This document shows positions 56,191-64,000 of a stretch of DNA of 64,000 nucleotides, piece after piece. The position numbers and the translations under genes were made by a program. Source of the DNA: Candidatus Aminicenantes bacterium UBA647 (GTDB lineage: Bacteria > Acidobacteriota > Aminicenantia > UBA2199); assembly GCA_002299555.1 (NCBI GenBank), contig DBOL01000103.1:14062-78061 (forward strand), read 5' to 3'. The notes under the pieces are model-generated. The model ran no database searches. It was given only the letters and a program-made list of their open reading frames with translations, and was not told the DNA's origin. How positions within the stretch are numbered: the first letter of the stretch is position 1; each line of letters opens with the position of its first letter.

Positions 56191-58806
56191 ATGGAAAAGA
56201 ACTACGACATAGAAAAAACTGAAGAAGGATGGTACGAGAAGTGGGTTTCAAGCGGACTTTTTAAAGCCGACAACACAAATGAAAAGCCGGAATTTTCAAT
56301 GATTCTTCCTCCTCCGAATATAACAGGGTCTCTCCATATGGGACACGCCCTTACATTTACGATCCCCGATATTATAATGAGAAAGAAAAGGATGGAAGGG
56401 TTCAATACGCTTTGGCTCCCCGGTATTGATCACGCCGGTATTGCAACCCAGATGATAGTCGAAAAAAATCTGAAAAGAGAAAAAGGGAAAACCAAAGAAG
56501 ATCTGGGGCGGGAAAAATTTCTTGAAGAAGTGTGGAAATGGAAAGATAAGTCAGAAAGCAGAATAATAGAGCAGGTCTCCAAACTGGGACTTACCCTCGA
56601 TTGGAGTAGAATGAAATTCACCCTCAGTGAAGAGATGAACAAGGTCGTCACTGACGTTTTTGTAAAGTTATATAAAGAGGGCAAAATATACCAGGGAACC
56701 TACATGGTAAACTATTGTCCTTCATGTAAGACGGTCCTTTCAGATCTTGAAGTTGACCATAAGGAAGTTGAGGGAAATCTTACATATATAAAATATCCAC
56801 TGAAAAATGACCCGGACAAACATATTGTGGTTGCAACAACAAGACCTGAGACAATGCTGGGAGATACTGGAGTTGCAGTTAACCCGGATGACGAACGGTA
56901 TAAGGCCTTAGTTGGATCTGAGATCATGCTCCCTGTTGCCGGCAGGACATTGAAGATCATATCTGATGAGCAAGTAGCTTCTGATTTCGGTACCGGTGCT
57001 GTTAAAATAACTCCTGCACATGATCCTCTTGATTATAATATTGCACTGAAGCACAACCTTGAGAGCAGGGTTGTAATAGATAAAGAGGGGAAAATGACCG
57101 GAGATATCCCTGGAAATTTTATCGGAATGAGCCGTGAAGAGTGCAGAAAAAAATTAATAAAAATATTAAGTGAATCAGGAAATATAGAAAAAGAGGAAAA
57201 ACACACACACAATGTTGGTCATTGCCAGAGATGTGAAACTATTGTTGAACCAAATGTGTCAAAGCAATGGTTCCTGAAAACTGAAGAGTTAGCAAAGCCG
57301 GCTATAGAGGCTGTGAAAAAAAAGGATATTGAGTTCATCCCTGTCAAGTGGGAAAAAATATACTTTAACTGGATGAATAACATTCAGGATTGGTGTATAT
57401 CCAGGCAACTATGGTGGGGGCACAGGATCCCCGCATATAATTGTGAGTCGTGTAATGAGATTACTGTAGCATCCGAGCATCCTGAAATCTGCCCGAAGTG
57501 CAAATCTTCAAAAATCATACAAGACCCCGATGTTCTTGACACATGGTTCTCTTCCGCCCTTTGGCCTTTTTCCACCCTCGGATGGATGGATGATTCACCG
57601 GATTTTGAAAAATACTACCCGACATCATTGATGGTTACCGCCTTTGATATCATTTTCTTCTGGGTAGCGAGAATGGTCATGATGGGTATACATTTCGGTA
57701 AGGACATCCCATTCAGAAAGGTGTTGATCAACGGGCTGATCAGAGATGACAAAGGCCAGAAGATGAGCAAGACCAAGAATAATGCTATTGATCCACTTGA
57801 TATCATTAAGGAATACGGAACTGATGCATTAAGATTCACACTTGCTATTCAGGCCGTTCCAGGGATGGACATTTCACTTTCGATAAACAGAATAAAAGGA
57901 TATAAAGCATTTACAAACAAGATATGGAATGCCTCAAGATACATTATTATGAACCTTAAGGGTGATGAATCGGAAGACATTGATTTTGAAAAGATCTCGG
58001 TTACTGACAAGTGGATACTGCATTTGTTAAATCTCACAACGAAAAACATTAACTCAATGATGGATGATTATAAGTTGAATGAAGCCGCCGATGCTTTATA
58101 CCATTTTTTCTGGCACGAATATTGTGACTGGTATCTGGAGTTCTCAAAAAATGATATCGATAACAGAGAGACAAGAAATGTACTTAAATACACACTGTTC
58201 AGATCTCTTCAACTTCTTCACCCTTTCACTCCATACCTTACCGAAGAGATTTACCAGATGATCAAAACGGAAAAAAACTTCCTCCTTGAAACAAAATTCC
58301 CCGAATTTAAAAGTGAACTGGTTTTCACCCAGGAATATAAAAATATCGAATTGTTGAAGAAAATAACAGGGGAAACAAGAAAGACCAGGACTGAAAATAA
58401 AATTGATCCCAATACGCGTCTCAAAACATTTCTAAAAACTTCTTCGAAAAAAGAGGCAGATGTTCTAGCTGAACTTTTAAAGTATTTTAATTTTCTTACT
58501 AAAAGTGAAAATGCTGAAATAGTGAGTGACTTTTCCTCTCTTCCGAAAGGATATCGGGGCGTTCACCTGAATTGGGAAATTCTCCTTCCATTTGAAAATG
58601 AATCGGACAGAGAGAAGGAGATCGAAAGAATCAGCAAAGAACTGAAAAAAACTGACGACCTGATCAATAATATTGAGAACAGGCTAAAAAACCGCAATTT
58701 TGTTCAGAAAGCACCTGCAGACATAGTTAACGGATTCAAAAGAACACTCCAGGAATCAATTGATAAGAAGGAGAAATTTGAAAAAACTTTATCTGACCTC
58801 ACCTGA
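56191..58806 (+). CDS. valS: Valine--tRNA ligase
   Basis: 871 aa. PPNITGSLHMGH (HIGH), KMSKTK (KMSKS), and a C-terminal coiled coil. Confidence 0.97.
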   Translation: MEKNYDIEKTEEGWYEKWVSSGLFKADNTNEKPEFSMILPPPNITGSLHMGHALTFTIPDIIMRKKRMEGFNTLWLPGIDHAGIATQMIVEKNLKREKGKTKEDLGREKFLEEVWKWKDKSESRIIEQVSKLGLTLDWSRMKFTLSEEMNKVVTDVFVKLYKEGKIYQGTYMVNYCPSCKTVLSDLEVDHKEVEGNLTYIKYPLKNDPDKHIVVATTRPETMLGDTGVAVNPDDERYKALVGSEIMLPVAGRTLKIISDEQVASDFGTGAVKITPAHDPLDYNIALKHNLESRVVIDKEGKMTGDIPGNFIGMSREECRKKLIKILSESGNIEKEEKHTHNVGHCQRCETIVEPNVSKQWFLKTEELAKPAIEAVKKKDIEFIPVKWEKIYFNWMNNIQDWCISRQLWWGHRIPAYNCESCNEITVASEHPEICPKCKSSKIIQDPDVLDTWFSSALWPFSTLGWMDDSPDFEKYYPTSLMVTAFDIIFFWVARMVMMGIHFGKDIPFRKVLINGLIRDDKGQKMSKTKNNAIDPLDIIKEYGTDALRFTLAIQAVPGMDISLSINRIKGYKAFTNKIWNASRYIIMNLKGDESEDIDFEKISVTDKWILHLLNLTTKNINSMMDDYKLNEAADALYHFFWHEYCDWYLEFSKNDIDNRETRNVLKYTLFRSLQLLHPFTPYLTEEIYQMIKTEKNFLLETKFPEFKSELVFTQEYKNIELLKKITGETRKTRTENKIDPNTRLKTFLKTSSKKEADVLAELLKYFNFLTKSENAEIVSDFSSLPKGYRGVHLNWEILLPFENESDREKEIERISKELKKTDDLINNIENRLKNRNFVQKAPADIVNGFKRTLQESIDKKEKFEKTLSDLT

Positions 58807-59566
58807 CAAAGAACACCCGGTTCCGGATCTTATTAATATAGTAGACCTTCCCACATGCAGATCGACAAATGAATATATAAATGAAAATCTGAATTCTCTT
58901 TCCAGCAATATCCCATTACTCGTTACTACTGACATTCAAACAGGAGGAAAAGGACGGGATGGACGTAAGTGGATCCCTGTAGGTAAGGGTGGAATATACA
59001 TCTCTTATCTTATCAACATAAAAAACAGAGAAAACCTCGGACTTCTTGCACTGGCAGCAGGGACGGCTGTTGCTGAAGCTATCTCTGAAATGACTGAGCT
59101 GGATATTAAACTTAAGTGGCCCAATGATATAGAATTATCCGGATTAAAAGCGGGAGGGATACTGATAGAGAACAAATTGTTCAACAAGAATGTATTCTCA
59201 GTAATAGGAATAGGTCTTAATGTGAATGTCGATCAAAAACAACTGAGTAGAGATATTTTAAAAACTGCCACATCACTTTCCATTATTTCCGGCAGGGAAA
59301 TAGATATTAGAGAACTTACATTAAGGATATCTGAATATCTCCTCTATTTCACCGGGATCATGGAAGACAGACTATATGATGTCATTTTGGAAAAATATCT
59401 CTTTTATTTGAAGCACAAACCAGGTGATGAAATAAGTTTTCACAATTCAGGGGAAACAATAAATGGAAAGTTTATAATGATCAATGATAAGGGAGCACTT
59501 GTTTTAGAACTTAAGGATGGTGGAGAAGAGACTTTCTTCTCTGGAGAGATATCAACACCCGCCTGA
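58760..59566 (+). CDS. birA: Biotin--[acetyl-CoA-carboxylase] ligase, group I (no N-terminal HTH)
   Basis: STNEY...TDIQTGGKGRDGRKW (GRGRxGRxW variant) and KWPNDI. The only canonical start upstream of these motifs is the ATG at 58760, 47 nt inside valS. Confidence 0.85.
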   Translation: MIRRRNLKKLYLTSPDKEHPVPDLINIVDLPTCRSTNEYINENLNSLSSNIPLLVTTDIQTGGKGRDGRKWIPVGKGGIYISYLINIKNRENLGLLALAAGTAVAEAISEMTELDIKLKWPNDIELSGLKAGGILIENKLFNKNVFSVIGIGLNVNVDQKQLSRDILKTATSLSIISGREIDIRELTLRISEYLLYFTGIMEDRLYDVILEKYLFYLKHKPGDEISFHNSGETINGKFIMINDKGALVLELKDGGEETFFSGEISTPA

Positions 59567-59629
59567 AATAATCTCCTCAAGGGTCTTATACTATTGTCTT
59601 CCTTTTACGTACAGATATAAGAGTATAAG

Positions 59630-60103
59630 TTACTTGTCGAATATTTTCAGCCACTGATCAACCTCACCATCGCTTAACTCGGTATCGATCCGCTTCTGTT
59701 TCATTTCTATTCTTCCTGTAGCTCTGTATACTCTTTTCAGCTCATAATAAAACTCGATCGAATTTATTACTTTGGCCCCTTTCTTCTTTGCTATGTCTTT
59801 CAACTCCCTGTCAGATGTTACAAGAATAACATCTCTGAAATAGGTATATCCTTCGAGTATCCTTTTTATCTCATCATCGGCAGAATCTCCTAAAGGAGGA
59901 TATTTTATTACTATTTTTTCAGTAGGATTCTCTTCTCCTGATAAAGTATCAGGTTCCCCATCAAAAACTACGATGATCTTACTGTTTTTTTTTTTCTGAA
60001 ATTTTTTTACTATCGCAACAATCTCCGTTCTTGAGTTATTGTCTTCAAGAGATATATCCGGAGAACTGCCTATAAGATTATTACCGTCAATTATGTATGG
60101 CAT
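59630..60103 (-). CDS. NYN/PIN-like domain protein (YacP family)
   Basis: 157 aa. MPYIIDGNNLIG...IVVFDG...VTSDRELK fits the YacP-like NYN pattern. Confidence 0.7.
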   Translation of the reverse strand: MPYIIDGNNLIGSSPDISLEDNNSRTEIVAIVKKFQKKKNSKIIVVFDGEPDTLSGEENPTEKIVIKYPPLGDSADDEIKRILEGYTYFRDVILVTSDRELKDIAKKKGAKVINSIEFYYELKRVYRATGRIEMKQKRIDTELSDGEVDQWLKIFDK

Positions 60104-60760
60104 TTATAACTCTAAACTATCACCCGGCTTCATAATAATAACCTCATAGTCACCTCTGACAAGAGATTTGAATTCTTCAGGAGATGACTCAATTGCTGGA
60201 AAAGTATTGAAATGAATAGGTACAACCTTCGGTATCTTAAGAAGCTCAACAGCTCTTGCAGCAAGGCGCGGAGTCATGGTAAATCTGCCATCAATGGGAA
60301 GAAATGCAATGTCAGGCTTATACATTTCTCCGATCAGAGTCATATCCATTGTCAATCCGGTATCTCCTGCATGGTATACAATAATTCCGTCAAGTTCAAC
60401 TACAGCTCCTGCCGCAGTTCCACCTAATCCGGCGGTATGTAGTGCAGGGACCAATGAAACCTTAACACCACTATTTTCAATTGTCCCTCCTACATTCATC
60501 AATTCCGCAGTTAATCCCTCTTTTTCTGCCAGCTCTGATACTTCATTGAGGGAAACAAAGGTTGCACCGGTTTTTCTACAGATATCAAATGAGTCACCAA
60601 GATGATCGCCATGGTCATGCGTGACAACAACAACATCGCACTCAATAATATCTTCTAAAGAAACCGTTGCGGCAGGATTTCCTGAAAGAAAAGGATCAAT
60701 TAATACTTTTCGACTCCCTTCAAGCAACAGGGCTGAGTGCCCGATCCATTTAATCTTCAT
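60104..60760 (-). CDS. Metallo-beta-lactamase-fold hydrolase (UPF0173 family)
   Basis: 218 aa. MKIKWIGHSALLLEG and VVVTHDHGDH. Abuts the NYN gene with 0-nt spacing. Confidence 0.8.
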   Translation of the reverse strand: MKIKWIGHSALLLEGSRKVLIDPFLSGNPAATVSLEDIIECDVVVVTHDHGDHLGDSFDICRKTGATFVSLNEVSELAEKEGLTAELMNVGGTIENSGVKVSLVPALHTAGLGGTAAGAVVELDGIIVYHAGDTGLTMDMTLIGEMYKPDIAFLPIDGRFTMTPRLAARAVELLKIPKVVPIHFNTFPAIESSPEEFKSLVRGDYEVIIMKPGDSLEL

Positions 60761-60769
60761 TTTTACTCC

Positions 60770-61102
60770 TTAACCAGGAGGCCATGTCATCTTTCTGCCA
60801 CCAATAAGATGGAGATGGACATGAAAAACTGTCTGGCCTGCTTCCTCACCGGTATTAATGATATATCTGAAATTCTCAACATTATTCTCTTCGGCGACCC
60901 TGTTCCCCGCATAAAACATATGCCCTATCAATGATTCATCTTTTACATCTTTTATTGAAGTATAATGTTCTTTCGGAATTATCAGAATGTGAAAAGGGCC
61001 CTGAGGATCAATATCTCTGAATACGACAACTTTGTCGTCTTCGAATAGAAATTCTGATTTTATTTCACCTGAACTTATTTTACAAAAAAGACAATCGCTC
61101 AT
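60770..61102 (-). CDS. HIT-family (histidine triad) nucleotide hydrolase
   Basis: 110 aa. CLFCKI and the histidine triad HVHLHLIGG. Confidence 0.9.
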   Translation of the reverse strand: MSDCLFCKISSGEIKSEFLFEDDKVVVFRDIDPQGPFHILIIPKEHYTSIKDVKDESLIGHMFYAGNRVAEENNVENFRYIINTGEEAGQTVFHVHLHLIGGRKMTWPPG

Positions 61103-61103
61103 T

Positions 61104-62363
61104 TCACACCTTCATTGCGCTGATATCAGCACCTATTTTATTCAGTTTCCCTGGCATATCTTCATAGCCTCTGAAAAGCTGATAAGCATTATCAATATAA
61201 GTCTCACCTTCTGCTATCAATGCACCAAGGACAAGGGAGGCCGATGCTCTCAGGTCTGTTGCGTTGAGGTACGCACCTTTAAGACCTGATATTCCCTTAA
61301 TTTCAGCAATATTTCCATTAATAGCAATATTTGCCCCCATCTTATTCAATTCGATAACGTGTTTAAACCTGTTATTAAAAATATTCTCTCTAATATGTGA
61401 AACTCCGTCAACCTGAGTTAATAGTGTCGTTAGTTGTGCCTGCAGGTCGGTCGGGAACCCTGGATAAGGATCTGTGTTGACCTCAACCGGTTTTAATCTC
61501 CCGGGAACCTTAATTGAAATCTCATCCTTAATAATAGTTATTTCAACACCCATTAATTCCAGAATTTTCAAAAGACTCCCGATATATTCAGGAATACAAT
61601 TTTTCACAACGATATTATCGCCTCTCAGACAAGCAGCAATAACATATGTTCCCATTTCAATTCTGTCCGGGATAACGGTATGAGATGTCCCACTCAGAAT
61701 ATCCTTGCCACTTATTCTGATCGTATCAGTCCCCTGTCCCGTTATATCCGCTCCCATTGATTCCAGAAACGTTATCAGGTCTGTGATTTCCGGTTCAACA
61801 GCGCAATTCCTCAATATTGTTTCCCCGTCTGCCAGTGTTGATGCCATTATCAGATTTTCAGTTCCGGTAACACTAACCCCCGGGAAAGTATAGTCAGCCC
61901 CTTTAAGCCTTTTACTTCTGGCTGATATATATCCATCCTCCACGTTGATCTCTGCCCCCATTCTCTTCAGCCCTTCAAGATGAAAATCGATCTTTCTGTC
62001 CCCTATAGCACACCCTCCGGGGAGAGAAACTCTGGCATATCCGTTTCGTGCCAGTAGAGGGCCGAGGATGAGAATCGATGATCGTGATGTTTTAGAGATC
62101 GTTTCCGATACAACCGGTTCTTTTATGTTGCTTAAATTTATATTAACTTTGTTATGATCAAAATTACCTGTAGCTCCAATACGTTCCAATGCATTGAACA
62201 TGGTATTTACATCTTCTACATTTGGAACGCCTTTTAGCAGAACTTCTGAATCGGCGAGAATTGTTGCTGCCAATTCAGGCAGCGAAGCATTCTTGGCACC
62301 TGATACTATTATAGTTCCGGATAGTCTCTTCCTGCCGGCGATCCGAATTTTGTAATTATCCAT
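61104..62363 (-). CDS. murA: UDP-N-acetylglucosamine 1-carboxyvinyltransferase
   Basis: 419 aa. SGAKNASLP, active-site Cys in LPGGCAIGDRKID, and typical length. Confidence 0.96.
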   Translation of the reverse strand: MDNYKIRIAGRKRLSGTIIVSGAKNASLPELAATILADSEVLLKGVPNVEDVNTMFNALERIGATGNFDHNKVNINLSNIKEPVVSETISKTSRSSILILGPLLARNGYARVSLPGGCAIGDRKIDFHLEGLKRMGAEINVEDGYISARSKRLKGADYTFPGVSVTGTENLIMASTLADGETILRNCAVEPEITDLITFLESMGADITGQGTDTIRISGKDILSGTSHTVIPDRIEMGTYVIAACLRGDNIVVKNCIPEYIGSLLKILELMGVEITIIKDEISIKVPGRLKPVEVNTDPYPGFPTDLQAQLTTLLTQVDGVSHIRENIFNNRFKHVIELNKMGANIAINGNIAEIKGISGLKGAYLNATDLRASASLVLGALIAEGETYIDNAYQLFRGYEDMPGKLNKIGADISAMKV

Positions 62364-62435
62364 AGAGGGATAATTATATAGATTTTCTCCCTTATTTTCA
62401 AGTGAGGATAACGTTGAAGGTAGATATTTTGGAAT

Positions 62436-62465
62436 AAAAAAAAAAGGGAGGGGTTGCCCCCTCCC
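62436..62465 (-). terminator. Rho-independent terminator after the LTXXQ gene
   Basis: GGGAGGGG-ttgc-CCCCTCCC, a perfect 8-bp GC stem at 62446..62465. On the minus strand it is followed by T10 (62436..62445). Confidence 0.75.
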
Positions 62466-62487
62466 ATAGAAGAATCACATGAAAATA

Positions 62488-63015
62488 TTATCTGAGACCA
62501 GATCTTCCTGATCTCCGGTCGCCTTTTCTATCTTTACCTCTGAGTGATCTGCTCCTTTCATTAAAATACGCTCTTCTTCCGAATTTATACTTCAACTCGT
62601 CAGCCTTCTTAAGCTGATCAGGGGTTAATACACCCTTAACATCCAGAAGATGAAAAATCCTATCTATCTGAAGATTTGTTTTTAATCCAGCGATCTCTTT
62701 TATCATCTTCTCAATGGTCTTTTTACTTATCTTATCTCCCTGGAGATAGTTTGCGAATTTCAACTCCAGAATCTTGGTATCAGCCATCCTTTTAATAACA
62801 GATCCCTGAAAATCAAGACCCATCTGTTCTATCTTTTTTACCTGATCCGGAGTGAGTCCGAGTTCAGCCTTCATCCTGAGAAGCATCTGCCCTCTGTAAA
62901 GATTCCTCTCGGCCATGTTAACACCCTGTTTCATATGTTTGGAAATATAGCCTGAACCAAAAACTCCTGAAACGATAAACACTGCTATAAAAATTAAAAT
63001 TATTAATTTTTTCAT
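62488..63015 (-). CDS. Periplasmic LTXXQ/Spy-CpxP-like protein with an Arg/Gly/Ser-rich tail
   Basis: Start at 63015 (MKKLIILIFIAVFIVSG) with AAGGAGG upstream. Two LTPDQ motifs (LGLTPDQVKK, VLTPDQLKK). C-terminal RSRSLRGKDRKGDRRSGRSGLR. Confidence 0.6.
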   Translation of the reverse strand: MKKLIILIFIAVFIVSGVFGSGYISKHMKQGVNMAERNLYRGQMLLRMKAELGLTPDQVKKIEQMGLDFQGSVIKRMADTKILELKFANYLQGDKISKKTIEKMIKEIAGLKTNLQIDRIFHLLDVKGVLTPDQLKKADELKYKFGRRAYFNERSRSLRGKDRKGDRRSGRSGLR

Positions 63016-63076
63016 CCAGCCTCCTTTAATACAGGTAGAACACCCCACAATGAATTTTCTTGCAGAAAAAATGAGG

Positions 63077-63102
63077 GGCGTAGCGTAACTATGTAACTTT
63101 AG
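63077..63102 (-). promoter_or_regulatory. Copy 1 of a shared ~26-30-nt upstream motif
   Basis: GGCGTAGCGTAACTATGTAACTTTAG (plus strand). The proximal edge is 62 nt from the ATG at 63015. Confidence 0.4.
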
Positions 63103-63137
63103 CAAAGCAGGGTTACGAAGCTACTCTCCGTCCCGGA

Positions 63138-63644
63138 TTATGGAAATACTAAAACCAGATACTTACCAACTGAAACTATAATAATTATCGGGATAGCCCA
63201 ATAGCCGATACCGGCAAAAATTGAATTAAATATCAATCTCTTTCCAATAAGATCATCCTGCTTCAGTTTGAGAAATCCAAATCCTGATATCAACAAGAAT
63301 AAAACAGCAGTAACAATTCCGGGGGATGCTTTCATATCAATTACGCTAAATACTACATGTTCCATGCCATTCATAAATGACCAGACAAGTATTCCAACTC
63401 CAAGAGGCAGATATTTTGTCCTGTCTCTGAAATATATCAGTAATCCTATCAATATGATAAAAAAGAAAATACTATTATTGATCAGCCAGTGAGGATAACT
63501 CAGCGTTTTTGGTAAACTATAGTGTTCGCTCATCCAAAGAGGAAAATTCCCAAGCGCCTCCTCCAATAAATGAAACGGAACATATACAAATAAACAAAGG
63601 ACAGGAAAATATTTGAATTCTATTTGATTAATTTTTGTCAACAT
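63138..63644 (-). CDS. HXXEE-domain membrane protein
   Basis: 168 aa with 4-5 helices and VPFHLLEEALGNFP (the HXXEE motif). Confidence 0.6.
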   Translation of the reverse strand: MLTKINQIEFKYFPVLCLFVYVPFHLLEEALGNFPLWMSEHYSLPKTLSYPHWLINNSIFFFIILIGLLIYFRDRTKYLPLGVGILVWSFMNGMEHVVFSVIDMKASPGIVTAVLFLLISGFGFLKLKQDDLIGKRLIFNSIFAGIGYWAIPIIIIVSVGKYLVLVFP

Positions 63645-63651
63645 TTTGCAA

Positions 63652-63657
63652 AGTATA
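63652..63657 (-). promoter_or_regulatory. -10 hexamer TATACT (minus strand), leaderless configuration for the HXXEE gene
   Basis: The minus strand reads GATATACTTTGCAAAATG. Seven nt separate the hexamer from the ATG at 63644, with no Shine-Dalgarno. Confidence 0.35.
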
Positions 63658-63705
63658 TCTCTTTTAAGAATTATTTCATAAAAAACAAACTTCCTTCAAC
63701 ATGAA

Positions 63706-63730
63706 GGCGAAGCGTATTTAGTAACTTTAG
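63706..63730 (-). promoter_or_regulatory. Copy 2 of the shared upstream motif
   Basis: GGCGAAGCGTATTTAGTAACTTTAG (plus strand). The proximal edge is 62 nt from the ATG at 63644. Confidence 0.4.
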
Positions 63731-63871
63731 AGGGACATAGCGTACTTTTCATTATCAAAAATGCAATGATACAATGATGCCTTCCACCCATCATGGTTGT
63801 AAGAGTGATGATTTTTTAATATTGAAAAAGACAGGCTTTTAGAGTACAATACAACCATTGTGGGTGCAGAA

Positions 63872-64000
63872 TGAGAGAGATTGAATTGTATTATGGACTT
63901 ATATGCCCTTACTGCAAAACAGCAAAAACATTATTAAAAAAAATAGTGAAAGAGAACCCGGAGAAGTTCAGGCTAAAAGAGACCCTGATCAGTTCTCCCA
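63872..64000 (+). CDS. 3'-truncated thioredoxin-fold protein with CPYC motif (glutaredoxin/DsbA-like)
   Basis: MREIELYYGLICPYCKTAKTLLKKIV... runs to the window edge. C-P-Y-C follows a beta strand, as in thioredoxin-fold proteins. Confidence 0.5.

Noticed and set aside
59995-60005. T11 homopolymer inside the NYN-domain gene as a slipped-strand phase-variation tract
   Set aside because: It encodes a Lys run (QKKKNSK) in a Lys-rich protein from an AT-rich genome. The gene is a conserved housekeeping-type gene, and nothing else suggests contingency behaviour.
1-64000. Search for CRISPR arrays, tRNA/rRNA genes, IS elements, integrases, reverse transcriptases and toxin-antitoxin pairs
   Set aside because: No intergenic gap exceeds about 230 nt, and none shows regularly spaced repeats or a cloverleaf-capable sequence. 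No ORF carries a transposase, integrase, RT or classic TA motif. This was a visual scan, not a covariance-model search.

Overview
A visibly AT-rich, densely coding 64-kb stretch of a bacterial chromosome. I call 59 protein-coding genes, and every intergenic gap is under about 230 nt. Most of the window is core housekeeping: thiL, lon, hsp20, nrdR, a UvrD/PcrA helicase, pcm, rel/spoT, queH, serC, hypF, fabD, ispG, valS, birA and murA. I saw no rRNA, tRNA, CRISPR array, transposase, integrase or phage gene, and none of the SIR2, radical-SAM or cNMP-binding genes sits in a defence-system context. Lipoprotein-type signals, LTXXQ periplasmic proteins and a lipoprotein alpha-2-macroglobulin suggest a diderm envelope. 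I cannot assign the lineage from sequence alone. The less ordinary parts, roughly in order of interest:

1. A four-gene operon at 33315..36748 with two CPA-type permease paralogs, an EIIA(Ntr)-like protein and a 107-aa PII-like protein. It faces a convergent pair made of a pseudopilin-domain lipoprotein and a second EIIA.
2. A membrane-anchored HTH-TM-FG-GAP protein divergent from a propeller-SGNH hydrolase (42714..45483).
3. A translationally coupled operon at 21532..27048 led by an alpha-oxoamine synthase, followed by GT2, a WecA-like transferase, a Glf-like flavoprotein and GT4. An ECF sigma module and a NusG paralog lie downstream.
4. A 1.86-kaa thioester alpha-2-macroglobulin with no PBP1C partner.
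5. Two tandem 'sulfatase-like' paralogs that carry Thr at the formylglycine position.
6. A RomR-like response regulator with a long acidic tail.
7. Five genes whose -10 hexamer lies 6-8 nt from the ATG, suggesting leaderless mRNAs.
8. A roughly 30-nt direct repeat placed exactly 62 nt upstream of two consecutive genes.

All family assignments come from motifs read by eye. None was checked by HMM or database search.
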